64,000 nucleotides of DNA from an uncultured Pseudomonadota bacterium (GTDB lineage: Bacteria; Pseudomonadota; Gammaproteobacteria; Burkholderiales; SG8-39), in contig CALCIE010000024.1 of NCBI GenBank assembly GCA_937907425.1, positions 74,764-138,763 on the forward strand, given 5' to 3'. The notes under the pieces are model-generated. The model worked only from the letters and a program-made list of their open reading frames with translations. It was not told the DNA's origin and did not search any database. Shown piece after piece: positions 47,829-57,220 of the stretch (positions within the stretch are counted from its first letter, which is position 1; each line of letters starts with the position of its first letter). The position numbers and the translations under genes are program-made.

Positions 47829-49769
47829 ATGCGCTGGCTCGCTTTCGTGCTGCTCCTGCTTCCGTTCGTCCTGCGCGCTGCGCCGGCGGACGACGCGTTC
47901 CTCCTTGCGCGCGACGCTTGGCGTGCGGGCGATGTCGCGCGACTGGAGATCGCGTTGCCTGCGGTGGCTGGGCATGTGCTCGAGCCTTATGCCCGCTATT
48001 GGTATCTGCAGTTGCGCATCGAGGAAGCGGAGCCCGAGGAAATCCAGGCTTTCCTGCAGGCGCACGAAGGTTCCTATCTCGCCGACCAGTTGCGCAGAGC
48101 GTGGTTGCGCGTGCTCGGCAAGCGCGAACAGTGGGCGCTCTACGACGCCGAGTATGCGAAGCTCGCGCGCTCCGAGCCGGAGCTCGATTGCTATTACGCG
48201 CTCGCACGCGTGCGGGAAGGCGATCTTGCGGCGGCTGAGGAAGCGTTCACGGTATGGGACGCGGCGCGCGAAATTCCGGAGGGCTGCCAGCCGCTGGTCG
48301 CGGAACTGCACGCGGCGGGCAAGCTCGACGCGCGTCAGGTGTGGTTGCGCGTGCGCGCGCTCAATGCCGCGAACCGCACCGCCGCCGTGCCGCAGACACT
48401 GGCCTATCTGCCCGAACGCGAGCGGCCCGCCGACAGGCAGCTCGAGCGTATCGATAAGAAGCCCGCCGCATTCCTGCAGCAGGCGGAGCGGCTGAACCTG
48501 AAGAAGCGGCTCGACCGCGAACTGGTGATCTACGCCGTGCAGCGGCTGGCGCGCCAGGACGTCGAACGGGCGGCGCAACACTGGCTCGGGCTGCAGCGGC
48601 ATTTCGGCGATTACGACCGGGCCTATGTATGGGGGCAGCTCGCTTTCCGTGCCGCGCTCAACCACTTGCCTCAGGCGCTCGAATGGTACGGACGTGCCGA
48701 TGCCGCGCCCCTGAGCGACGAGCAGATCGAATGGCGGGTGCGCGCGGCCATGCGTGCCGGCGACTGGGCGGAAGTGGCGCGTTCGATCGAACGTCTGCCG
48801 GAGGCGCTGCGCAACGAACCGGTGTGGATCTACTGGTCCGCACGCGCCATGGCCGCGCTCGGCCGCCACGACGCGGCGGTGGCGCAATACGAGCGCATCG
48901 CCGGCGCGCCGCACTTCTACGGCAAGCTCGCGCAAGAGGAGCTGGGCCGCCCGCTGGTGGTGCCGCAGGAGCGGCATCGACCGGACGAAGCGGAATTGCG
49001 CGCGGCGGCCGAGCATCCGGGCCTGCGTCGTGCGGTGGCGCTGTTCGACGCCGATCTGTGGCTCGAGGCGGTGCGCGAATGGAACTGGGCGATCCGCGAC
49101 ATGGACGACCGCAAGTTGCTTGCGGTGGCCGAATTCGCGCGCCGCAGCGAGTTGTGGGACCGCGCCATCGCCACGGCCGAACGGACCCGGCAGCTGCACG
49201 ACTACTGGCTGCGCTTCCTCGCTCCCTATCGCGAGCGCTTCGCCGCGCAGGCGCAGGCCTACGATCTCGACGAATACTGGCTGCTCGGCCTGGTGCGGCA
49301 GGAGAGCCGTTTCGTGACGCAGGCGCGCTCGTCCGCGGGCGCGATGGGCCTCATGCAGGTGATGCCCGCCACCGCGCGCTGGATCGCGCGGCGCATGGGC
49401 ATCGGTTACCACCCCGACCGGATCACCGACGTCGACACCAATATCGCGCTCGGCACCGGCTATCTGCGCTACGTGCTCGATTCGCTCGACGGTCATCCGG
49501 TGCTCGCGGCCGCGGCCTACAACGCCGGCCCCAACCGTGCCCGGCGCTGGAAGGCGGACCGTGAATTGGAAGGCGCAATCTACGTCGAGACCATTCCTTT
49601 CACCGAGACGCGCGATTATGTGAAGAAGGTAATGACCAACGCCTCCTTCTACGCCGCGCTCTACGGCGGCAAGGCCGCGGGCCTCAAGCAGCGCCTGGGG
49701 ATCATTCCGCCGCGCACCTCCGAAGAAGGCTACACGCCCACGATCACCGGACAGGCGGGGCTACAATAG
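47829..49769 (+). CDS. slt: soluble lytic murein transglycosylase (Slt70-like)
   Basis: Signal peptide MRWLAFVLLLLPFVLRAAPA, long superhelical repeat region, and a C-terminal SLT domain ..RQESRF...GLMQVMPATA..AAYNAGP... Confidence 0.92.
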   Translation: MRWLAFVLLLLPFVLRAAPADDAFLLARDAWRAGDVARLEIALPAVAGHVLEPYARYWYLQLRIEEAEPEEIQAFLQAHEGSYLADQLRRAWLRVLGKREQWALYDAEYAKLARSEPELDCYYALARVREGDLAAAEEAFTVWDAAREIPEGCQPLVAELHAAGKLDARQVWLRVRALNAANRTAAVPQTLAYLPERERPADRQLERIDKKPAAFLQQAERLNLKKRLDRELVIYAVQRLARQDVERAAQHWLGLQRHFGDYDRAYVWGQLAFRAALNHLPQALEWYGRADAAPLSDEQIEWRVRAAMRAGDWAEVARSIERLPEALRNEPVWIYWSARAMAALGRHDAAVAQYERIAGAPHFYGKLAQEELGRPLVVPQERHRPDEAELRAAAEHPGLRRAVALFDADLWLEAVREWNWAIRDMDDRKLLAVAEFARRSELWDRAIATAERTRQLHDYWLRFLAPYRERFAAQAQAYDLDEYWLLGLVRQESRFVTQARSSAGAMGLMQVMPATARWIARRMGIGYHPDRITDVDTNIALGTGYLRYVLDSLDGHPVLAAAAYNAGPNRARRWKADRELEGAIYVETIPFTETRDYVKKVMTNASFYAALYGGKAAGLKQRLGIIPPRTSEEGYTPTITGQAGLQ

Positions 49770-49886
49770 CCGCGACACCGCCGCCGCAGGCGGCGGTGCC
49801 CGTTTTTCGTGCAGGAGGAATAAAGCCGGTGATCTTCGTCTGCTTCCTTGAACCCGCTCGTTCCGAACACCCGATCGAGGTGGGCC

Positions 49887-50849
49887 GTGGCTGACATCGT
49901 CGTCCTCGGCGGCAGCGGATTCATCGGCCGCCATCTCGTCGAACGCCTGGTGCGCGACCATCACCGCGTACGCGTGCCGACGCGCCGCGCCGAGCGCGCG
50001 AAGCACCTGCTGGTGCTGCCCACGGTCGAAGTCGTCGAGGCGAACGTGCACGACGCCGCCGTGCTGCGGCGGCTGTTTCAGGGCGCGGATGCCGTCATCA
50101 ATCTGGTCGGCGTGCTCCAGGACGGCCGCGGCAAACCCTACGGCGCAGGCTTCGCCGCGGCCCACGTGGAGCTGCCGAGCCGCGTGATCGAGGCCTGCCG
50201 GGCCGCGGGCGTGCCCCGTCTTCTGCACATGAGCGCGCTCAAGGCCGCCTCCGACGCCCCGAGCGCCTATTTGCGCTCCAAAGGCGACGGCGAAGCCGTG
50301 GTGGTCGGCGCGCGCGGTTACCTGCACACCACCATCTTCCGTCCTTCGGTGGTGTTCGGGCCGGAGGACAGCTTCCTCAACCTGTTCGCGAGGCTGCAGC
50401 GCAAGCTGCCCGTCATCGCGCTCGGCTCGCCGCAAGCGAAATTCCAGCCCGTGTACGTCTGCGACGTCGCCGAAGCCTTCGCGCGCAGCCTGTGGCGCGA
50501 AGACAGCTACGGCCGGGCTTACGATCTCGTCGGGCCGGCGGTCTATACGCTGGAGGAACTGGTGCGCTACGCGGGCACGGTTTCGGGACATCCGCGGCCG
50601 ATCCTGCCGCTCGGGCCGCGCGCCTCCTATCTGCAGGCGATGCTGATGGAGTTCGCGCCTGGCAAGCTGCTCAGCCGCGACAACTACTATTCGATGAAGG
50701 TGGACAACGTTTCCGACGCGCCGCTGCCCTTCGGCATCCGCGCCACGCCGCTCGAAGCGGTCGCACCCACCTATCTTGCCGCGGGACATCCGCGCGTGCG
50801 CTACTTCACCTTCCGCAACTACGCCGGCCGTACCTGGCGCGAACCATGA
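49887..50849 (+). CDS. NAD(P)-binding atypical SDR (complex I NDUFA9-like family)
   Basis: VVLGGSGFIGRHLV Rossmann motif and ..YLRSKG.. (YxxxK). GTG 49887 lies after GAGGTGGG; the track ORF begins at TTG 49848. Confidence 0.8.
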   Translation: MADIVVLGGSGFIGRHLVERLVRDHHRVRVPTRRAERAKHLLVLPTVEVVEANVHDAAVLRRLFQGADAVINLVGVLQDGRGKPYGAGFAAAHVELPSRVIEACRAAGVPRLLHMSALKAASDAPSAYLRSKGDGEAVVVGARGYLHTTIFRPSVVFGPEDSFLNLFARLQRKLPVIALGSPQAKFQPVYVCDVAEAFARSLWREDSYGRAYDLVGPAVYTLEELVRYAGTVSGHPRPILPLGPRASYLQAMLMEFAPGKLLSRDNYYSMKVDNVSDAPLPFGIRATPLEAVAPTYLAAGHPRVRYFTFRNYAGRTWREP

Positions 50850-51508
50850 ACCGTCCCGTCCTGCTGATCGGCAACAAAAACTATTCTTCCTGGTCGCTGC
50901 GGCCATGGCTCTTCATGGCCCATCACGGCCTCGATTTCGAGGAGCGCCGCGTTTCCTTGTACGCGCCGGGCTCGAAGGAGGAAATCCTGCGTCATTCGCC
51001 CGCCGGCAAGGTGCCGGTGCTGCTCGCCGACGGCACGGTGGTCTGGGATTCGCTCGCCATCCTGGAATGCCTGGCCGAACGCCATCCCGAAACGCAGGGC
51101 TGGCCTGCCGAGCCCGCGCTGCGCGCTCATGCGCGTTCGATCAGCGCGGAAATGCATGCCGGTTTCGCGGCCATGCGCGAAGCGCTGTCGATGAACTGCC
51201 GCAAGGTCTATCCGCCGCGGCAGTGGCCGGAGGCAGTGCAGCGCGACATCGACCGGGTGCTGCAGATCTGGACGGATTGCCGCGCGCGCTACGGTGCCCG
51301 GGGCGATTTCCTCTTCGGCCGCTTCACGATCGCCGATGCGATGTATGCGCCGGTGGTCTGGCGCATGACCGGCTATTCCGTGCCGATGCCCGAGGCGGCG
51401 CAACGCTACTGCGAGACGATGCTCGCGTTGCCGGCGATGCAGGCGTGGCGGCGTGACGCCGAACTCGAGGCCGAGGTGCTCGAACAGTTCGAGCGGCCGC
51501 TGCCATGA
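50846..51508 (+). CDS. glutathione S-transferase family protein
   Basis: MNRPVLLIGNKNYSSWSLRPW.. ..GKVPVLLADG..VWDSLAILEYL-like thioredoxin-fold N-terminus plus a helical C-terminal domain. ATGA overlap with the upstream gene. Confidence 0.82.
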   Translation: MNRPVLLIGNKNYSSWSLRPWLFMAHHGLDFEERRVSLYAPGSKEEILRHSPAGKVPVLLADGTVVWDSLAILECLAERHPETQGWPAEPALRAHARSISAEMHAGFAAMREALSMNCRKVYPPRQWPEAVQRDIDRVLQIWTDCRARYGARGDFLFGRFTIADAMYAPVVWRMTGYSVPMPEAAQRYCETMLALPAMQAWRRDAELEAEVLEQFERPLP

Positions 51509-52614
51509 AGATCTACGCCGTAGGCGGCGCCGTGCGCGACCAGCTGCTGGGGATGCCGGTGAAGGACCGCGATTACGTCGTGGTGGGGGCCACGCCGGAG
51601 GCGATGATCGCGCGCGGCTTCCGCCCGGTCGGCAAGGATTTCCCGGTCTTCCTGCATCCGGAGACCAACGAGGAATACGCGCTGGCGCGCACCGAGCGCA
51701 AGACCGGACGCGGCTACACCGGCTTCCAGTTCTATGCCGCGCCGGACGTCACCCTCGAGCAGGACCTTGCGCGGCGCGATCTCACCATCAACGCGCTGGC
51801 CCAGGACGAGCACGGCAACCTGATCGATCCTTACGGCGGGCTTGCCGATCTGCGCGCGGGCATCCTGCGCCACGTGAGCCCGGCTTTTGTCGAAGATCCC
51901 GTGCGCATCCTGCGCGTCGCGCGCTTTGCTGCGCGTTTCGGTTTCAGCGTCGCGCCGGAGACCATGGCGCTGATGCGCACCATGGTCGACAACGGCGAGG
52001 TCGACGCCCTGGTGCCGGAACGGGTATGGCAGGAATTCGCCAAAGGACTGATGGAGGAGCGGCCCGCGCGCATGTTCACGGTGCTTGACGAATGCGGCGC
52101 GCTCACCAGAGTGCTGCCCGAGTGGCAGGCTCTGGATGCCGCCCGAGCGCTCGCCGCGCTGAACGAGGCGGCCGATCGCCGCGCGGCGCTTCCCGTGCGC
52201 TATGCCGCGCTGTGGGCGGGCGCGACGCCCGAAACCGTGGAGGCCGCGTGCGAACGCCTGCGGGCGCCGGGCGACTGCCGCGATCTGGCCATTCTGGCCG
52301 CGCGCCACGGCCGTGCGCTCGAAGCGGCTGAAACGCAGGATGCCGCGACCCTCGTCGGCCTGTTGCAGGACGTGGACGCCTTCCGCCGTCCCGAGCGCTA
52401 TGCGTCCCTGCTGGACGCCGTCGCCTGCGATGCGAAAGCGCGCGGGCGCAGTCTGGAGCCTGCGCGGATGCGTCTCGGGACCGCCCTGGATGCGGCGCGG
52501 CGCGTCGATGCGGGCGCCGTTGCGCGCCGGCACCCCTCGCGCATCGCCGAAGCGGTCCGTGAGGCGCGCGTCGCCGCCGCAGAGGCCGCGCTTCAGGGAA
52601 CGGCGGCCCGCTAG
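51505..52614 (+). CDS. cca: CCA tRNA nucleotidyltransferase (class II), short form
   Basis: MKIYAVGGAVRDQLLGMPVKDRDYVVVG.. ..RRDLTINALA.. head-domain motifs. The C-terminal third lacks the HD-domain residues of E. coli Cca by eye. Confidence 0.9.
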   Translation: MKIYAVGGAVRDQLLGMPVKDRDYVVVGATPEAMIARGFRPVGKDFPVFLHPETNEEYALARTERKTGRGYTGFQFYAAPDVTLEQDLARRDLTINALAQDEHGNLIDPYGGLADLRAGILRHVSPAFVEDPVRILRVARFAARFGFSVAPETMALMRTMVDNGEVDALVPERVWQEFAKGLMEERPARMFTVLDECGALTRVLPEWQALDAARALAALNEAADRRAALPVRYAALWAGATPETVEAACERLRAPGDCRDLAILAARHGRALEAAETQDAATLVGLLQDVDAFRRPERYASLLDAVACDAKARGRSLEPARMRLGTALDAARRVDAGAVARRHPSRIAEAVREARVAAAEAALQGTAAR

Positions 52615-52650
52615 GCTAAAATCGCCGGCCTGTTCCACCTTCACTCTTCC

Positions 52651-54024
52651 ATGTCGTCCGTCCACGCACCGCTCTTTGCGGGCCTTGCGCGCAACCTCCT
52701 CAGCGGCATCCGGCTGGCCCTTTTCCTGCCGGTGAAGCCCTCGGATTTCAGCGTCTCGCCCGGTCAGTTCGCGCTGCTCGTCGGCTTCAATGCGCTGGTT
52801 GCGCTGGGCGGCGACCTGGTCCAGCAGGGCTGGCCGGGCATGTTGAACGCGGCGGCGCTGCCCGTGCTGCTGAGTCATGTGCCGCTGTTGCTGCTTGCCT
52901 GCCTGCTCGCCGCCAGCCTGCTCGGCCGGGGCGAATTGCTGCTGCCCCTTGCCGTCGCGCTCTGCGCTGCCGAACCGCTGTTCGAGGCGGTGACGCTGCT
53001 GCTGAGCGTGGACCCCCTCGGGGCCTGGATCGGCGCGCAGCCGGTGCGGACTTTGTCGCTGGTCTATGTCTTCATCGGCTGGTGGCTTGCGGTCGCGCTG
53101 CGCGCGCTGTGGCTGTTCGGTGGCTGGCGCGGCGTGCGCACGGTGTACGCGGGCGGCGTGCTGGTGCTCATGGTTGGGGTGTTCGCGTTCTTCGTGCCGC
53201 GCCCCCAGCTCTGGTTTGCCGCGGAAGAGTCCGGCCAGGCGGACACACCGAGCGTGGCCGACGAATCCCTGTTCCATCTGCAGCCGCGTCTGCTCGAGGA
53301 GGCGCTGGCGCAGCTCGAACCCGAACGCGCGGGACATCAGGACCTGTATTTCCTCGGCGTCGCGCCTTACGCCTCGGAAGACGTCTTCGTGCGCGAAGTG
53401 ATGGCGGTGCGGCAATTGTTCGACGAGCGTTTCCGCACCGCCGGGCGTTCGCTGGTGCTGGCGAACAGCCCGCAGACCCTTGCCGAGCTGCCGGTGGCCA
53501 CGGCGACCAATCTGCGCACGGTGCTGCAGCACCTGGGGCGCGTGATGAATCCGGAAGAGGATATGCTGTTCCTTTTCATCACGACCCACGGCGACGAGCG
53601 GCACGAACTGGCCTTCGAGCTGCCGCCGCTCAGGCTGCAACAGCTCACCCCCGCCGTGCTGTCGCGCATCCTGGCCGACAGCGGCATCAAGTGGAAGGTG
53701 CTTGTTGTGTCCGCCTGTTATTCGGGTGGCTTCGTGAACGCGCTGCGGGACGATTACACCCTGGTCATCACCGCGGCCGATGCCGACAGCCCTTCGTTCG
53801 GCTGCGAGAGCGGACGCGACTACACCTATTTCGGCCAGGCCTTCTTCGCCGAGGCGCTGCGCCAGACGTTCTCGTTCGTCGAGGCGTTCGACCGGGCGCG
53901 CGAGCGCATCGTCGAATGGGAGCGACAGGAAAGGCTCGAGCCCTCCAGTCCGCAAATCCACATCGGGACTGCCATCCGGCCCAGGCTTGCGCAACTGGAG
54001 CGGCAATACAATCCTGGCCGCTAG
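52651..54024 (+). CDS. membrane-bound peptidase C13 (legumain/caspase-fold) family protein
   Basis: The first ~190 aa are polytopic hydrophobic. The C-terminal domain has ..LFLFITTHGD.. (His) and ..VLVVSACYSGGF.. (Cys), the C13 His/Cys dyad context. Confidence 0.75.
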   Translation: MSSVHAPLFAGLARNLLSGIRLALFLPVKPSDFSVSPGQFALLVGFNALVALGGDLVQQGWPGMLNAAALPVLLSHVPLLLLACLLAASLLGRGELLLPLAVALCAAEPLFEAVTLLLSVDPLGAWIGAQPVRTLSLVYVFIGWWLAVALRALWLFGGWRGVRTVYAGGVLVLMVGVFAFFVPRPQLWFAAEESGQADTPSVADESLFHLQPRLLEEALAQLEPERAGHQDLYFLGVAPYASEDVFVREVMAVRQLFDERFRTAGRSLVLANSPQTLAELPVATATNLRTVLQHLGRVMNPEEDMLFLFITTHGDERHELAFELPPLRLQQLTPAVLSRILADSGIKWKVLVVSACYSGGFVNALRDDYTLVITAADADSPSFGCESGRDYTYFGQAFFAEALRQTFSFVEAFDRARERIVEWERQERLEPSSPQIHIGTAIRPRLAQLERQYNPGR

Positions 54025-54046
54025 CCGGCCTTAATTCGGAGGAAGG

Positions 54047-54664
54047 ATGATCGATCTGTACACCTGGAAGACGCCGAACGGACGCAAGGTCTCCATCATG
54101 CTCGAGGAAGTCGGGCTGCCCTATCGCGTGCATCCCGTGGATCTGGGCAAGGACGAGCAGTTCGATCCGGAGTTCCTCAAGATCAGCCCCAACAACAAGA
54201 TTCCCGCCATCGTCGATCCCTACGGTCCGGACGGCAAGCCCATCGCGATGTTCGAATCCGGGGCGATCCTGATCTACCTTTCCGCCAAGACGGGCAAACT
54301 GCTGCCGGAAGACATGCGCGGCCGTTTCGTGGCCCTGCAGTGGCTGATGTTCCAGATGGGCGGCGTGGGCCCGATGTTCGGGCAGCTGCACCATTTCCTG
54401 CGTGCGGCGAGCGAACACGTGCCCTATGCCATCGAGCGCTACAGGAAGGAGAAGGACCGGCTCTACGGCGTGCTCGACCGGCGGCTGGCCGAAGTGGAAT
54501 ATCTGGCAGGCGAGTATTCCATCGCCGACATCGCCACCTATCCTTGGGTCGCGCGCTACGAATGGCATCAGACCGACCTCAACGACTACCCCAACGTGAA
54601 GCGCTGGTTCGAGGCCATCAGCGCCCGGCCGGCCGTGCAGCGCGGCATGGCCGTGCCCGAGTAA
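54047..54664 (+). CDS. yfcG: glutathione S-transferase / GSH-dependent disulfide reductase (YfcG-like)
   Basis: [69 protein letters not shown].. aligns closely with E. coli YfcG. Strong SD GGAGGAAGG. Confidence 0.85.
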   Translation: MIDLYTWKTPNGRKVSIMLEEVGLPYRVHPVDLGKDEQFDPEFLKISPNNKIPAIVDPYGPDGKPIAMFESGAILIYLSAKTGKLLPEDMRGRFVALQWLMFQMGGVGPMFGQLHHFLRAASEHVPYAIERYRKEKDRLYGVLDRRLAEVEYLAGEYSIADIATYPWVARYEWHQTDLNDYPNVKRWFEAISARPAVQRGMAVPE

Positions 54665-54678
54665 GTGGAAGCTGAACC

Positions 54679-56424
54679 ATGTCACTCATCGTTCTCGGCC
54701 TTTCCGGCGCCCTGAGCCACGATCCTTCGGCGGCGCTGTATATCGACGGCAAGCTCGTCGCCGCCGCGGAGGAAGAGCGTTTCGTACGCGACAAGCACGC
54801 GAAGAACCGCATGCCCATCGAATCGGCGCGCTATTGCCTCGCCGAAGCGGGCATCAAGCCGAGCGACGTGCAGGTCGTGTCCATTCCCTACGCGCCCATT
54901 CCCCTCACCACGCCGGCGCGCTGGCATTACGCGCGCCGCTACTGGTACGCCCCTGACCGTGCGCTCGACGCACTGTTCAACGGCAACCGCCGCTACCGGC
55001 GCTACCGCCAGCGCATCGAGTGGGCGCTGGTACAGCTCGGCATCGATCCGCGCAAGGTGCAGATCGACCCGGTCGAACACCATCTCGCGCATGCGGCCAG
55101 CGCCTACTACTGCAGCGGCTTCGAGGAAAAGACCGCCATCCTCGGCATCGACGGCAAGGGCGAATACGCCACGACCTTCTTCGGCGTCGGCGAGAACGGC
55201 CGGATCACCAAGATCAAGGAGTTCTACGATCCGGATTCGCTCGGGGGGCTGTACGGGGCGCTGACCGAGTATCTCGGCTTCGAGATGCTCGACGGCGAGT
55301 ACAAGGTCATGGGCATGGCGCCCTACGGCGACCCGGACAAGTACGACTTTTCGCGCCTGGCGAAATTCGAGAACGGCGAGCTCGTCGTCAACACCGAACT
55401 CGTCAACGTCATCGGCCTGCGCCGCTACAAGGAGAACGGCAAGGGCTTTTACTTCTCGCCCAAGCTGGTGGAATGGCTCGGCCCACGGCGCCAGGGCGAC
55501 GTGGCCGACGATCCCTACGTCCATTACGCCGCGAGCGTGCAGGCGCTGTTCGAGAAGCTCGCGCTGGAGATGATGGACTACTACCTCGGCGACATCATCC
55601 GCGAGACCGGCAAGATCGTGTTCTCGGGCGGCTGCGCGCTCAACGTCAAGCTCAACCAGCGCATCATCGCGCGGCCGGAGGTGAAGGAGCTGTTCGTGCA
55701 GCCGGCCTCGGGCGATGCCGGGACCGCGCTCGGCGCGGCCGCGTGGTCCACGGTGCAGCGGGGCGTGAAGGTCGAGAAGATGGAGCACGTCTATCTCGGG
55801 CCGAGCTACACCAACGAGGAGGTCATCGCCGCCTGCGCGAAGCACCCGGCGCGACCCAACTGGCGCCGGATCGACGACGTGCCGCAGCGCGTCGCGCGCA
55901 TCCTCGCCGACGGCCATCCCGTCGCTTGGTTCCAGGGCCGCATGGAATTCGGGCCGCGCGCGCTCGGTGCCCGTTCCATCCTCGGCTGTCCCTCGGTGCC
56001 CGGCATCGCCGACCGCATCAACGAGCAGATCAAGTTCAGGGAACGCTGGCGGCCTTTCTGCCCTTCCCTGCTCGACACCGTCGCGCCGCAGATGCTGCAG
56101 TCCACGCATCCGGCGCCCTTCATGACCTTCACCTTCGAGGTGGCGGAGGAATGGAAGCGGCGCGTGCCGGAGGTCGTGCACCAGGACGGCACGGCGCGCG
56201 CGCAGGTGGTCAAGCGCGAACACCATCCGCGCTACTACGACCTGCTGGTGGAGCTCGAAAGGCTCACCGGCAACGGCGTGTGCCTCAACACCTCGCTCAA
56301 CCGGCGCGGCGAGCCGATGATCTGCTCGCCCACCGATGCGCTCAACATGTTCTACGGCTGCGATCTGCAGTACCTGGTCATGGAGGACATCCTGGTGGTC
56401 AAGGAGGGCGCGAAACCGTACTGA
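54679..56424 (+). CDS. carbamoyltransferase (NodU/CmcH family)
   Basis: MSLIVLGLSGALSHDPSAALYIDGKLVAAAEEERF.. N-terminal ASKHA-like domain and ..WFQGRMEFGPRALGARSIL.. C-terminal YrdC-like/carbamoyltransferase motif. Confidence 0.9.
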   Translation: MSLIVLGLSGALSHDPSAALYIDGKLVAAAEEERFVRDKHAKNRMPIESARYCLAEAGIKPSDVQVVSIPYAPIPLTTPARWHYARRYWYAPDRALDALFNGNRRYRRYRQRIEWALVQLGIDPRKVQIDPVEHHLAHAASAYYCSGFEEKTAILGIDGKGEYATTFFGVGENGRITKIKEFYDPDSLGGLYGALTEYLGFEMLDGEYKVMGMAPYGDPDKYDFSRLAKFENGELVVNTELVNVIGLRRYKENGKGFYFSPKLVEWLGPRRQGDVADDPYVHYAASVQALFEKLALEMMDYYLGDIIRETGKIVFSGGCALNVKLNQRIIARPEVKELFVQPASGDAGTALGAAAWSTVQRGVKVEKMEHVYLGPSYTNEEVIAACAKHPARPNWRRIDDVPQRVARILADGHPVAWFQGRMEFGPRALGARSILGCPSVPGIADRINEQIKFRERWRPFCPSLLDTVAPQMLQSTHPAPFMTFTFEVAEEWKRRVPEVVHQDGTARAQVVKREHHPRYYDLLVELERLTGNGVCLNTSLNRRGEPMICSPTDALNMFYGCDLQYLVMEDILVVKEGAKPY

Positions 56425-56545
56425 GTGCGGCGTCGAAAAATGCACTACGCCGCGGCGCCGGACGTGGCCGGGGCACCGCGGCTTCGATTACCCTTGCGCT
56501 GCGCCTGCGGCGCCAAAACGATAACAATGCCGGGGAGGGAGGGAG

Positions 56546-57220
56546 ATGCCCGAGAACAAGGAACTCGAGTTCCAGGAGAAGTACGACGCGAAGCATTCGC
56601 TCGAGTACTTCAGGAAACATCAACGCGGTCTGCGCCGTCGGCTGACCACGTGGGCGGAACGCCGCATGCTGCGCAAGGCGCTGGCGATGATGGGCGATCC
56701 GGGTTCGGTGCTCGACATCCCCTGCGGCGCCGGACGCTTCTGGACCGTTCTTGCGGAACGTCCCGACCGGCGCATCCTGGCGGCCGATTACAGCGCCGAC
56801 ATGATCGAGACGGCGCGCCGCTTCCAGCCGCCCGAGCTGGTGGCGCGCGTCGAGACCTTCCAGGCCTCGGCTTTCGACATCAAGCTGCCCGATGCGGCGG
56901 TCGAAGCGATCGTCTGCATCCGCCTGATCCACCACATCGGCCAAACCGAAGACCGCCGGCGGATGCTGGCGGAGTTCCATCGCGTGGCGGCGCATACCGT
57001 CTGCCTCAGCTGCTGGGTGGACGGCAATCTGCAGGCGCGCCGGCGCAAGCGGCTCGAAGCGCGGCGCCCCAAACGCAAATACCAGAACCGCTTCGTGTTC
57101 GAGCGCGACACCATCGAACGCGAGCTCCGCGCAGCCGGTTTCGACATCCTCGGGCACATCGATCTGCTGCCGGGCATCTCGATGTGGCGCATGTACGTTC
57201 TGCGGAAGCGCGCCGCATGA
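56546..57220 (+). CDS. class I SAM-dependent methyltransferase
   Basis: Motif I VLDIPCGAGRF, ..ILAADYS.., ..IVCIRLIHHI... Strong SD GGGGAGGGAGGGAG. Its stop overlaps the next ATG. Confidence 0.82.
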   Translation: MPENKELEFQEKYDAKHSLEYFRKHQRGLRRRLTTWAERRMLRKALAMMGDPGSVLDIPCGAGRFWTVLAERPDRRILAADYSADMIETARRFQPPELVARVETFQASAFDIKLPDAAVEAIVCIRLIHHIGQTEDRRRMLAEFHRVAAHTVCLSCWVDGNLQARRRKRLEARRPKRKYQNRFVFERDTIERELRAAGFDILGHIDLLPGISMWRMYVLRKRAA

